The position numbers were made by a program, and so were the translations under genes. Shown piece after piece: positions 11,501 through 23,530 of a stretch of 64,000 nucleotides of DNA (position 1 is its first letter; each line of letters begins with the position of its first letter). The notes beneath the pieces were generated by a model. It saw only the letters and a program-made list of their open reading frames with translations, was not told where the DNA came from and ran no database searches. Source of the DNA: Camelus dromedarius. Its lineage: Eukaryota. The stretch is from positions 36,518,001 through 36,582,000 of the forward strand of contig NC_087444.1 in assembly GCF_036321535.1 (NCBI RefSeq). The letters run 5' to 3'.

Positions 11501-14500
11501 TGGACACAGCAATCAGATTGCCATAGTAGTATTTCTGCTCCCAGTCATACTTGGCGACGGGCTGGATTTTCACCTGAGAACCAAGGGTGAAGAAGGTCAT
11601 AGAAGCTGGGGGCTGAGGCAGCATTCCTGGAGCTAAGGTAGTCCTCAGCATCCCTGGGGACAGTAGAGGCCACATGTGTGAGCCCAGCCACCCATTCACA
11701 AATCTTGGGGCCAGATTCCCACAGAGATTTGACAGCCAACCCTGGCTTCCTGAGACTGGGGCACACTACTGGTCTGTTAGGGTAATCTCCATAGGAACTG
11801 GCAGCATAGAGTGCGGGAGGGACAGCCCAAGTGTGCCCCCATCTATTATACATGCCATGACATCCTGGTGCCCACCTTGTTGCTCCCCCGTGCCTTGCTT
11901 GAGATGCTAGAATCACTGCTGGCCACAATCTCCACCTCCTTGGCCAAAATCCCGATGCAGGTGGAGCTGTCGTCTCCTGAGAGGCATCTGGGGCAGGGGT
12001 GCACAAGTTTGACTCTTGTTCACCCAAAATCTCAATGCACAGGGTTAGGAGGGGGAGAGGATACATCCACTCTGGTGAAGGTGTCAAGTCCCAGATGCCC
12101 AGCTCTGCCTGGCCCACTGGTCCCCAAACCCACTGTTCCCCTTGCTCACCTCCCTCCTTGGGAATGGCCCTACTTCCATGCTAAATCAGGAGCCCATACT
12201 TCAGATCCAGGCCAAGCCCTTGAGCTTGTCCTTGCCCCTCATCCTAGTGCAAACCCAGCGTAATTATATGCTCTACCCCAGGTCATCTAGTGGGGAAGCA
12301 GAAGAGGCTGCTGGACCCTCTCTCCCAGTCTTACGACTTCAGTTAGCAAATGCCTCAAAGACCCCATCACCACCACTGCTATCTCCCAGACACTCACATG
12401 ACTTGCTTTTCCTGCAGGTTAATAGGTGGCATGGCCCGGAGACCAGGCTTGTTTGTTGAAGTACCATCACCTGAGCAGAGGGGGTCTGAGACCAGGAGCC
12501 CATTGAGATCGCCATTGTAGGCGTTAGATGGTCGCTGGCTCTCTGCACTGGGGCCTGGGGACAGAAAGGGCTACTCTGATAAAGTTGTTCTACCTGCCCA
12601 CTGGCCTCTCCTCCTGAAGAGCTTCATTTAAGAAACATGAGAGGCTCTAAGTGAGGCATGCCAGTGGGGAAGAGGGCCCTTTGTTCAACTCTCATTTCAT
12701 AAAAACTGATGATGGACCCAACAAAGGATAAGCATGATGCTCTTCTACCTGGGGGTGGGGGTATATGTCATCAAGGATCCTCTGAGGCTAATTAATATTC
12801 AGGCCCAGGTTAGCACAGGAGGACTCTGCATACTTGAAGGAGGGCGTGGTCAGACTTCACAGAGGAGGTGCCATCAGAGCCAGTGTGGCTAGGACACACA
12901 AACATAGGAAGGATGGAGGGAAAACAAGGCTGCAAAGATCTCAGGTATGAGGCTGCAGTGCTTAGGTTATCCCTGTAGTAGAGAGTTTTAAATGGGAAAG
13001 TGACATGGTCTGCTATGGCCAGAGGGTTGACTGCTCAGAAGTAGCACGCAGGATAGTTAAGAATCCAGGTAAGAGACACCAGAGCCTAGACCCAAAGCAG
13101 TGGAGTGGTTGGAGAAGAGAAGTTAGGCTCCTAAGGCATGGAAAGACATGATAAGACACAGGAGTATGAAAAGACATAGGAGTATGGGGGGGGTGGGTTT
13201 AGCTCAGTGGTAGAGCATATGCTTAGCATGTATGAGTTCCTGAGTTCAATCACCAGCACCTCCATTAAAAAAAAAGAGCGAGAGAGAGAGAAAGGAAAAA
13301 GACTGCCTCACACAGAAATGGCTCAGAAGCAGCCACCCTGGGCAGGTAAATGCAAGAGGAATGGACATGAAGGAGTTGGACAAAGTGTAGAGAAATTATG
13401 GGGTAGGGTGTGGAGTCAGGACACACAGCATTTCAGTTCTTTACCATCAGAGTTTCGAGTCACAAAACAGTCTGGGGTCTGACATGCTCCTCTGGTGAGA
13501 GGAGACCAGTAAGGGCTACTTGGCAAACAGGGGAATCAAGCACCAATCAATAAACAAGGAGTTAAGAGGAAAGACAAAAGGCCACTTCACTTGTAACAGA
13601 TCCCCTTAGCTGCTCAGGGGTAAGCTGACCACTCTCCCTCCCAAGCAGGCTACTATGAGGACAAACAAATAAGCTACACAAGGTTACCCATGCCAGGCTC
13701 TACCAAACCTTTTTGGAGTCTAGCATGCACAGCAGCTAATGAGTATAAGAGGTCCAAGCCAAGCTCATGAGTAAAAGGAGCACACAGTCCAGGCCTAGGG
13801 AAAACGGCTCAGTGGTTTCAGGCAACAGATGGATTTTCTCCAGGACTAGAGTGTAGCTAAACCTTAAAGTGGGCAGCAGTGCCTGCTTCCAAAAGGAGCC
13901 AGTTTGGGCCTTCCAGAAGGTTTAAGAACAGGGTCTGAAGAAACACTCTGGTTTCTGCACACCTACACCACCATCACCAGCCAGTCTCTCAATCATTACA
14001 AGTTTTCACAGGTCCTTGTACCTACCAGGAAACTTTGGTTCCTTCACAAGTGCTATTTCTTTGTTGTAGAATGTCTTTTCTGACACCCAAAACCCTGTTC
14101 ATGTTACAAGACCTAATCTAAACATTGTCTCTTCTGTTAGATCTGTTCTCAGGCACTCTCCAGCCCCTACCCCACCTGTCCTATCCCCATTACAGTAGCA
14201 AAATTTCTCTTGTTCAATGACAACAGCATTATATTACACCTCATTAGCTCTGTGTGTCCTGGGGGCTCCTTGAGGGCAGGAGCAGCTCTGAGGTACCACT
14301 GCAAACCCAAGTAAAGTTTAAATGAATGGAAATAAATGAGGGCTTGCAGATGTTTGTAGCCTAATCCAATCAGGACTGTGCAGTCTGTGATTTGCCTAAA
14401 TCCCAGAGAGGAGATGGAATTGGGGTTGGTCACCTTCCTTCTGAAAATCGGTTTCAGAACCGCAAGCCTGGAGTCTGTATTCAAGCAGGAAAGGCAAGTT

Positions 14501-15016
14501 GCAAAGGGAGATCTGTGGCTCCTCAGCAAAGCCCTAGGTCTAGACACCGAACACGGCATACACAGCCCTGACTGGGCCTCTCAACTATGGCAAAAGGGTG
14601 GGGAACCTGGGCCAGTCCTAGGAACATTAGAGACTTTGGGCCAGGACACCTGGGAGGCTCTGCGGATTCAGAGAAGAGGCCTCACCTTCAGCCAAGATGC
14701 TGAAGGACGAGGCAGAACGGCCCAACCCCGGGATGGGGAACAATCGCATCCAGGGGGTTGAGCCCTTTGGGAAGCAAGCTCAGGGATTTGCCGCTCCGAC
14801 CCTCGTCTGACCTCGCCAGCCGGGATGATGCAGAACCAGTCCTGAGGGACCCGAGAGCCTTGAGGGTGGTCCAAACACGAGCCACCCTTCTGCTCGTTCG
14901 CCAAGGACCCACTCCCACTGTCCTGGCTCACCCCCCGCAGGCCGGTCCAGCTTGAGTATGTCCCGCAGGTGCTGCGTGGCGTCCTCTATGTCGATGCTCG
15001 CGCAGGAGGAGGCCAT
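4367..15016 (-). CDS. EDC4: Enhancer of mRNA decapping 4 (Ge-1/Hedls), 1406 aa; WD40 domain, Ser-rich linker, C-terminal helical domain
   Basis: 29 exons: 14932-15016, 12398-12554, 11876-11987, 11474-11573, 11020-11209, 10766-10913, 10573-10677, 10128-10237, 9962-10045, 9774-9869, 9576-9678, 9296-9476, 9131-9203, 8943-9034, 8680-8867, 8460-8593, 8214-8367, 7480-7913, 7290-7394, 7053-7205, 6931-6967, 6627-6804, 6358-6513, 6139-6254, 5882-6047, 5610-5796, 5297-5516, 4769-4932, 4367-4559. Total 4221 nt, all phases consistent. MASSCASIDIEDATQHLRDILKLDRP...VKIQPVAKYDWEQKYYYGNLIAV...RRLSLMLHGLMTPSLP*. Confidence 0.98.
6514..6626 (-). other. EDC4: U12-type (minor spliceosome) GT-AG intron, EDC4 intron 22
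   Basis: 5' splice site GTATCCTTG; branch site TTCCTTAGC (6524-6532) about 12 nt before the AG. Confidence 0.85.
8516..8578 (-). repeat. EDC4: (AGC/AGT)n coding repeat encoding 21 consecutive Ser in EDC4 exon 16
   Basis: Counted directly: 63 nt of Ser codons between ITASP and LTAVSAM. Confidence 0.95.
10914..11019 (-). other. EDC4: U12-type (minor spliceosome) GT-AG intron, EDC4 intron 5
   Basis: 5' splice site GTATCCTTT; branch site CCCTTAAC (10925-10932) about 12 nt before the AG. Confidence 0.9.
13186..13290 (+). mobile_element. tRNA-derived SINE (camelid Vic-1-like), EDC4 intron 1, antisense to the gene
   Basis: G-rich head, TAGCTCAGTGGTAGAGC A-box, GAGTTCAATC B-box, A/GA-rich tail; clearly homologous to five other copies in the window. 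Confidence 0.85.
14020..14340 (+). mobile_element. Degenerate L2 (LINE2) 3' fragment
   Basis: Resembles the L2 3' end (..ctccttgagggcagg..gaatggaaataaatga); recognised by eye, boundaries approximate. Confidence 0.45.
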
Positions 15017-15330
15017 GGGCCCAGCCGCGGGCGCCCTGTTCGCGCCGCGTTCGTTTCACTGCCGCCGCGCACCGTCCAGCCGTGCACAGCCCCGGCAGGG
15101 CCTGAAAGCCGGACGCCGGTCACTACACTCTGTCCACCCGAAGCTCGCAAACCGCCGCCCGAGCCGCGTCCCCGAGCCCCGCCAACCCCACCAACCGCCT
15201 CCACTTCCGGCCCGCCCGAGCCTCGGCTCCCGGAACCTACGCGGGGAGGAGAAGAAAGGTTCCGGGCTGGGGGCGAACGCTTCACTCTTCATGGAGCCCG
15301 CCCCTACCGCGGTCCCTCTCCAGGGTTGGC
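15017..15330 (-). promoter_or_regulatory. EDC4: EDC4 CpG-island promoter and 5' UTR with ETS site
   Basis: CpG-rich; acttccgg at 15203-15210 is CCGGAAGT on the - strand; GC boxes nearby. Confidence 0.7.
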
Positions 15331-15712
15331 TGGGTCGGGGAAGTTCTCCAGTTGAGGCAAACCAAATGTCCACTTCTGGACCGCCCAAAGTCAGGATACC
15401 TCGCCGGGCTCATGTCCATTCCCAGAGGATGGACTCATGATGGGCCTAGGACAGGGTCAATTCGGTTGCCCAGGCTGAATCCCTCAGATACCCTAGAAAC
15501 AAGCTGAATTGGCAGAAGCTTCGGCTTCCCTTTGGGAATTGGGTCGGTGTAATCCAAGGCTTAAGAGGACCTGCAAAGTCATGGGACCAGAAATCCAAGG
15601 GCAGAGGAGGTGGTCCCACCACAAATACATTGTTTCCCAACGTCCCCCAGCACCCCCTCGCACGACCAGGCACCCTCAGGCAGAAAGAAAGAAACCAGTT
15701 TACAAACATCTC

Positions 15713-15718
15713 TTTATT
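15713..15718 (-). terminator. NUTF2: NUTF2 distal polyadenylation signal (AATAAA)
   Basis: tttatt on + strand, followed on the - strand by a U-rich element (aaagaaagaaa on +). Confidence 0.65.
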
Positions 15719-16926
15719 GCAGACATTTCAGGCACAGGTACATGGAAGAAGCTGCATTGCAGATTTTATACAAGGTGGTTTAAGAGGCAGCAGACAACTA
15801 CCTCTCTCCCCAACCTCCACCCCTCCAAAAATACTGCAGCCTAGAAATCAGTCCCACTGAAATCTCCTGAGTATGCTGTCCTTTCAAACAGCACATCATC
15901 CAGCCCTGTGCCCAGTGTAGCCAGGGAACCTGTGGAGGTCTGAGGAAGTCCTTGGTTTCTGTTCATAGTGCAGGAGAGAAGGGTGGGGAGTGGGTGTAGA
16001 AGGTCAGGCAAAGCTGTGGTGTCCTCACCAATCCTAAAACCTTTAACAGGGCACCAGTCCAAGTCCTGGGTTTGGTTCTAGCCCGTGGATGCTACTTTGC
16101 GACCAGTTTTACACTACCAAGGCCTCAGAACTAAAGGGCTAGATTTGTACTAGGCAAAGCCTGTCCCCCAAACTGAGGAGAAATTGCTCCAACACCTAAG
16201 ACTTCCCAGGATTTGAAGACAGTGTGAAGGTATGAGTGTGTGTGGCAAGGGAGGGAATAGGAGCTCTAGAGATGCCCTGCAGAGGTCTCAGGGGTAAGAT
16301 ATCCTAGAACCTGAATCCCTCAAACTCAGATTACTTTCTAAATCTAAATCTATACTCCAACCCAAATGGGCTTGGCTCTGTGGGCACTGGAGGCTGGCTG
16401 TTTGAGGCACTCCCCTTTGCAGGTGGTACAGGAAATGAGCTGCTCTCTGCTGGCTTGGCATTTGTGGGACACAATGGATGTGATCCTGACCCTTCTGTGG
16501 ATAGAAGAGGTCCCTCTCCCTCAAACCTCTGCTCATACTAGGTCTTGCTGAGCCCTCAGTCCAGGAGGCATGAACCTAACGGGTCATTTTTGCCAAGGCT
16601 TCTCCATCTTCTATAGGATTATGGAGCATCTCACATGTCATTAGCGCCCTGACCCTTCCCAGTGGAGAGGTAACAGGAGGTATCAGAAGTGACTGTAGAG
16701 ACTTCAGTGCAAGGGAAGCTTTAGGCTAGACCTGAATTCTCCCTGTCTGCAGCTCACTTTCCCAATACCAGGTGGGCTGGAGAGGGGAACACTATGTCCT
16801 ACAAGAGAAGCTAGCTGAGAGTACTGTTTCAGCATTTTCTCCTTGCAACAGGTATTGCTGAGTTGGAGTAGAAGTGGGAGGGTGAGACATAAGAGAGCCA
16901 ATGGGGCAGTGTAGTTACTGATGCCC

Positions 16927-17470
16927 NNNNNNNNNNNNNNNNNNNNNNNNNNNNNNNNNNNNNNNNNNNNNNNNNNNNNNNNNNNNNNNNNNNNNNNNNN
17001 NNNNNNNNNNNNNNNNNNNNNNNNNNNNNNNNNNNNNNNNNNNNNNNNNNNNNNNNNNNNNNNNNNNNNNNNNNNNNNNNNNNNNNNNNNNNNNNNNNNN
17101 NNNNNNNNNNNNNNNNNNNNNNNNNNNNNNNNNNNNNNNNNNNNNNNNNNNNNNNNNNNNNNNNNNNNNNNNNNNNNNNNNNNNNNNNNNNNNNNNNNNN
17201 NNNNNNNNNNNNNNNNNNNNNNNNNNTAGCGCACTGCGCCCANNNNNNNNNNNNNNNNNNNNNNNNNNNNNNNNNNNNNNNNNNNNNNNNNNNNNNNNNN
17301 NNNNNNNNNNNNNNNNNNNNNNNNNNNNNNNNNNNNNNNNNNNNNNNNNNNNNNNNNNNNNNNNNNNNNNNNNNNNNNNNNNNNNNNNNNNNNNNNNNNN
17401 NNNNNNNNNNNNNNNNNNNNNNNNNNNNNNNNNNNNNNNNNNNNNNNNNNNNNNNNNNNNNNNNNNNNNN
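16927..17470. other. Assembly gap (300 N + 16-nt island + 228 N) covering the NUTF2 last coding exon and proximal 3' UTR
   Basis: N runs 16927-17226 and 17243-17470. A polypyrimidine tract plus AG acceptor abuts the gap at 17471-17490. Confidence 0.95.
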
Positions 17471-20400
17471 CCTGTGAGAAGAAAGAAAATGGTTCAGTAA
17501 GATGGCCAAGGAACAGGAAGGGAATTCAGTAGCAGGAGATAAGACCCCAGGACTCAAATCCTAGGAGAGCTAAGGGGTACTTGTGACTGAATGGACATAA
17601 TGTATAAAACACACTAAACTGGGCCCACAGAGGCCTATAGATGCCAGCTCACACTGCTACATACACTTAAACTGCAGAACAACTCACCAGTTAGCTACAA
17701 CAGAGCAGAGAACATATGTGCCTCTGAGCCCACGTTTTTGGGCAAAGTGATCAATTTGAAAGAGTTCCACAGTGTTTCCATGTAACTTACAGTATTTAAA
17801 AACAAAACAATCTTAGTGTCTGATTATGCCAGTTAGTCCAAGCAGGAGAAACTACTGCTTATACTGACTATGGCCAAGTACATGAGAAAAGGCTCAAAAC
17901 CAAGCTCACACTGTGATGACAGCTCTCTGGGGGAAAAATGAAGCATCACTATCAGGTGGTCTTTTTCTTGTAATGTAACATATAACATTTGCAATGAAAA
18001 CAGAAAGGCAAGAGATCTCCAGTCAAACTGCTGAAGACTCGGGTAAGGCCTAGTTGAGGCAAGGGCCCACTAACCAGCGCTATCCCTACCATCACTGGTC
18101 TTTCCAGTAATTATAACCAGCAAGGAGGCAAATAAGTCCTTTGGGGGCTTTAGAGTTGGATAAACTACTGCAGAGGCCTAGGGAGCCCCACCTCCCTCCA
18201 CCCTCCTATTGGACTCAGGAAGCCCTGCCTAGTCTAAGGACAATGCATGTGGGCCTATTATTCTGGGCCCCAGCATGACACAGGCCCAGGAGGTTGGAAC
18301 CTGATTAAGGGGCAGCTCATTTGTCCAGCTTTGAGAAGGAGGAGAGGCTTTTTAGAAACCAAGAGTCTGAGGTCAGTCAGCTAAAGCATAACAGGTAGGA
18401 GTTCCTGGGGTGCTGAGGGACCACATGAAAGCTTTGAAGGGAACAGGTCTTGAGAAGGGGAAGAGAAAATGCAGACAGAAGCAGGAGTTCCAGGAATCTG
18501 CTTTGCTCAGCAGATGGAGAAGCCAGCAGCCAGCTCAGGGAGTGGTGGTATGGAGTCCAGTAGGGAACTGCTACTTAGCATCCAGCTGGCTCATTCAGGG
18601 TCAGCTGCCTGCAGAAAGCCCACATACACTGTGGGGCAGTAAAAGGCCCTGTGGCTTCACAGCCCCATCCTGCTCCTAAACCTCTTGTCCCTTTTCCAAA
18701 AGGCTCTAAACCAGTGCCCTCCACGAGAACTTGCTGCAATAACAGAAATGTTCTGTTTGCATTGTCCAATAGGCAGCCACAAGTGATTGACTATGAGCAC
18801 TTGAAATATGACTAATGCAACCGAGAAACTACATTTTAATTTTATTTCTTCTTAGTTAATGTAATTTAAAAATCACCACATGTGGCTGATGACTATTGAT
18901 TGCATTGAGCTACGCAGCTCTAGGCATCACTTTGCCTGGGTGTCCCTTGATAAGCAGGTCACATCATAGGGAAGCAGCACTATTACCTTGAGCTGGCCCA
19001 CAACCATGCTGATGATGCAGCTATCTGGTGTGGGCTGATGGTCCTGCGCTGTGATGCTGTGCTGGATTTTCTGGAACGGAAGGCTCTGTAAGAGAAAGAG
19101 TGGGTGTGGGCTGAGGCCAGCAAGGTGGGGAAGGAGCTACCAGCAGCCCAGCCCTGGCCCTTACTTACAGACAATTTCTCCACAATGGCAGCTTTCCCCT
19201 GGAATTGCTGTCCTTCCCACGTAAGGCATGACGCATCAATCTGAAAACCAGGAAATGTGGGGTCAGAGCCTCAGAGCACAAGGAATATCCCTGAGGCCCT
19301 GAAAGGACCCTGAAAAAGGTCTTGCCTGGGGAAATGAGTCCATGTGTTAGTTTCCCTGTCTGTAAAGAAGGGAACCAAGGGTAGTTTCCAAATTTTACAC
19401 AATTCACAATTTCTTAATTACACTCTATCATCGCAGAGCCCAACCTCTGAAAGACTACGTAACAAAATAAAAACTTAGTAATGAATAAGTTCATTTCCCA
19501 GTTTTTATTCAAGAAGTCAAGTGGCCTTCAGTATGTATGAGCTCCAGGCTGGTTATGTGTGGCCGGGGCTCAGCCAAAAGCCATCCTGCTGTGTAGTCAG
19601 TCAGTACCAGTCCCAGAAAAGCCATCAGAAATTACTTGGAAAATCCTATGTTTATCACCATCTCTAGAGCCCAGGCTGAGTTCCATAAGGCCCTTCCCAT
19701 GGGGTCAGGGAGGGATGAAGGCTGACAAGGCCTTTCAAGGCCTAGCCTGGGACATTCCCTACCATCAACAAGTTTCTTGCTAACTTCACGCCCCCTCCTC
19801 CAGATTGTCCCTGCCACAGCCTTCAGGGGCAGAACTCAAAATTGCCTCTGCTACTTATCAGCTATGACTTAGACAAGTTACTGTTTTCTTCCCCCAACTC
19901 TCAGTTTCCTGATCTTTAAAGGGGACATGTGCTGAGGATTATATAGAATGACATACATAAAGTACTCTTTTAGGACCCTGCTAACTCTTCTTTGGGTCAG
20001 GCCTGCTTTAATTGATTTTAAAATCAATGAGGCAGAAGTGCCAGGATTCCACAGTCAGATCAGTTTGAGTTTTTAAAATTACCCTATCTATGATAATGAT
20101 AATCAAATACTTGTGCTTGTCTTCCACTGGTAAGATCCCTCTGTTTTCTTCAAAATTTCTCTACTGACCCTGGCGTTTTGGAGGGTGACTCAGAGAAGTT
20201 TGTCCACAGCCCAGTCAGGCTCCAAGGTTATGCTGGATGACTCCTATCATTCTTATCCTGGACAGACCTGCTAGGCATGCCTGATCAATCACATTTTCTG
20301 TCTTGGGCAGGATCAAATACAAGTAATTCTTGGTGTATATGAACATCATTAAAATAGCAGCAAACAATGCCTGCATAGAAGGGTTTCTCAAAAAACACAT

Positions 20401-20951
20401 CAGCCTCCTTTGGCTAACCCCATTTGTTTCCCATGAGCATTCAGGGGTTTTTGGTCGCCCAAAAGGAAGCTGGACCTGGGGTCTCCAGGAGAGATGAGGA
20501 CTATGATGATGATGCTCATAACTGCTGCTTCCAGAGGGCACCGTGAGAACTAGCCTCTGTCTGCTGCTGCCCAATCTGGAACAGAGGCACTCCCAGGACC
20601 ACGGAATGGCAAGCCTAGAACCTCCCTGCCTAGGGAACCAGGATCCACACTCTTGTGGAAGATGACAGAAGGGAATATGTGGAGCAGGGAGTTGGGCTAG
20701 GTCTTAAGCCCCCTGTCCCATGGACAGAAGCTCAGATAAAAGGATACAGTCAAATCCACTGAGGGCTGCCAGAACCTGTGAACTGAAGGCCTTGGCCAAT
20801 ATCTGAATTGATCCCCTGGGGTCCCCCTCTAGTCCTAGAGCTGAAGACTTACATAAATTGCGCCTAGCTGGGTTCTGTCGTTATCAAATAACTGGTAGTA
20901 ATGTTGAATGAAGCTGGATCCAATCTGCTCCCAAATTGGCTTGTCTCCCAT
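17358..20951 (-). CDS. NUTF2: Nuclear transport factor 2 (NTF2); last exon inferred inside the gap
   Basis: Coding exons 20853-20951 ([33 protein letters not shown]), 19169-19240 ([24 protein letters not shown]), 18987-19085 ([33 protein letters not shown]). The final exon starts at 17471 (tctcacag|G). The lower coordinate 17358 assumes the conserved 114-nt last coding exon and is not observed. Confidence 0.93.
18712..18917. mobile_element. MER3-like hAT-Charlie DNA transposon fossil, NUTF2 intron 4
   Basis: CAG..CTG-type ends, internal ccacatgtggct and gagcacttgaaat motifs as in MER3. Imperfect 8-bp TSD ctctaaac (18704-18711) / ctctaggc (18918-18925). Confidence 0.75.
19815..19965 (+). mobile_element. 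MIR fragment
   Basis: gacaagttac..ctcagtttcctgatctttaaagggga..gaggattatatagaatga resembles the MIR core. Confidence 0.55.
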
Positions 20952-23389
20952 TCTGGAGCGTCACCCGGCCTCGTTGAGACCTGCAAGAACAGCCAGACAG
21001 GGAAGAAAGTGTTGGTACTTTGGTACTGTGGAAGGCGGAGGTAGCCAGCCACACTGTCTCCTCACTGACCCCTACCCCTCCCAGACCTCCCTGAGCAGGG
21101 AGTCCTTTGCTGAGGTCTGTTCTCCCAGGGAACACAGAGAGGGGCCAGGGAACTAATAAGCGACCCCTCAGTACAGACCAGCAGGGAGCCCAGAGGTGGA
21201 CTAGACTCAGCCCCATCTTTGAGGAGCTCTGTTGATGAAACAGAGAGGTGGCAGGATCCTGGAGTACACAGGATAGATGCTGAGGGTGGAGCCAGGACAA
21301 AGGAAGCTCAGAACAAGTCCAACGGAAGGATGGGTTTTTAAGGAGGAGCTAAGCACGCTCCCCATAGCTTTTCATTTAATCTTCTCAACAAACTGCAAGG
21401 CCAGTTGTTGCTATTCTTCCCACTTTGTAGGCTGGGAACTACTGATGTCTATGGGTGGAGTGTCTTCTATTGCAGCCCTCAGTCCCTCCACACTGCCCCA
21501 GGATTTTACAGGAAGGGCAGGTGGAAGACCCAGTGAGTAGGGGGGAATGGCTTCTCAAGGCCACATTTGCAAAAAAAACAGCGAGTGACATCCCCTCACC
21601 TTTGTTTACTTCTTTGAGGCCAGGTGACACTTCATTTCTTCACTGATGGTGGCTACACCTATCCACTTCAGAGTTGGGGCCATGAACTCAGAGGGTCTCA
21701 GGTAATAATGGAGAAATATTGGGAGGGGAAATGAAGTCTGTGAGGGGGAAATGTGTCATGACATCATCTCTCCATCCCAGCACTGGCTCCATCATAAGGG
21801 ACTGCCCCTCTTTTGTCTCTGAGGGGGAGGGGAGACCCCTCCCAGCTACAGATATCAGGAACCCAAGGCTGCTAGATGGAAAATCCAAGTCCCAGATGAA
21901 AGAGCTGTTCAGGCTTTGCTAGGCCCCTCCCAGGTAGGAAGCCTGCATCTCACTGCAGGATCTCATGACAGCACACCTGTGTGTTGTTCTGCAGTTGCCT
22001 CTGACTGTAGAGGAGCTCATCCCCTCTCTCCTAGTAACAGGACTCTGAACCAAAGCAGTAAGGAAGTGGGTTTGACTCCGGCAGACAATCACTGGCAGTG
22101 GTGGGATCTGATGCAAGTCACTGCCTTTCTTAGGGCCTCAGCTCCCTCCTCTGTAAGGGGGTGGAATCCTGATGCTGCCAGTGGTTATGAAGCCTCACGA
22201 AGGGAACCTAGTAAAGCTCTCAGCTCAACGTGGTAAGTGCTAGTTCACTCCAGTCTCTATGACTTCACCCAAGGCCAGAGAAGCCAGGGGGAAGAACAGT
22301 GTAGGAGGGCAGTGGCTCATCCCCAATCCAGCCAGTCTCCCAGCCTGTGACCAACACACCAGCCAGTAAGGGGCCAGGAAGCTGAGCCAGCTTTATTTTA
22401 GGTCCTCTAGGAGGTAGTTGCACTAAAAATAGCAGCTCAGTGCTGGGATGACTAAGAAATGTCCAGAAAAGTCTAAAACAAGCAGAGGAGAAAGCTTGGA
22501 CCCAGCCATGCCTGCTTGGGACAAGGTGTGTCTCAATTCACACTTTGCTAAGAAACAAATCAACAAGTGGGGAAAGTACAGGATCAACAGCTGGTCTCAG
22601 CTGCTGTCTTGGTCATATTTCCAAGGGATCAGACTGTGCCTGTACCCACACAAACATGGGTTACTGGAGGCAAGGCACAGCCCCACACCTCACATCTCTG
22701 CCCCTCCCACTCTAGTATTCACTATGTTTGGCTCATTGACTGAGGCCTGACCCTACCACATCTTACCCACAAGATGCCTTGCCCAGCTCCCAAGAACCCT
22801 GAGGCAGGCGGAAAGCTGGAGGAATGGATAAGGGCCACCTCTCCCTCTGTCCTCAGCAAGGCTGGGCAGCCTTCATGGAAAGTCTTGGAGAAAGAGTACG
22901 CCAACAGCGTAAGCAAATGCCTGGGGGCGTGAGAAGAGATAAGGGTGGGAAACTGGGAAGGTGGAGATGGAAGGTGAAGGGAAATAAGGCAACAAGCTGA
23001 TTCAGAGACAAGAAAAGTGGCACCATATGGTGGGATGGTGAGGTGGAGGAAGTGTGGGGGTGTCTTTTCCTTTTTCAACATTGTTCTTAATGGTGTGATA
23101 ACTTGCTAATAAAAAACTACTTGGCAGAAGTAATGGTGGAATAAAGAGGATGGAGGAATAAAGGGACAGAGGAGCTCTTTAGTCTAGTAGAGCAGGGCAG
23201 TCCCAAGGAACAGGACTGCTCAGGGGGCCCCCAGAAAGTACGAGAAGGAAACTTCAAAAGTATGTGGATTGAAAACTGCTTTAAAGATGTCAAGTGGGTC
23301 TGCTGAGGCCAATACCAACCTTGTTCAAGGCCTGCTTGACTATGATGCATTTACCTCTGTGTAGTGACCACAATCGCCATGTGGTCAGA

Positions 23390-23530
23390 TTTCAGTCATC
23401 CCACTTTGCAAGTGGGAAAACTGAGGTTCAGCGATGTGGGGAGTCTTGCCCCAAGCCGACCCAGTACATCAATGCTGATCTGGGTCCTCTGGTCAAGGTC
23501 AGTGTTTTATTTCTGACAACTTTGCATCCC
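23390..23530 (-). mobile_element. MIR fragment
   Basis: cccactttgcaagtgggaaaactgaggttcag..cttgcccca matches the reverse MIR core. Confidence 0.55.

Noticed and set aside
13186-13290. tRNA genes suggested by A/B boxes (also 36672, 38130, 52273, 56244)
   Set aside because: They lack a complete cloverleaf, carry A-rich tails and TSDs, and recur as diverged copies, so they are SINEs.
16704-17557. ORFs of 102-242 aa across the N runs
   Set aside because: Artefacts of translating Ns without stops.
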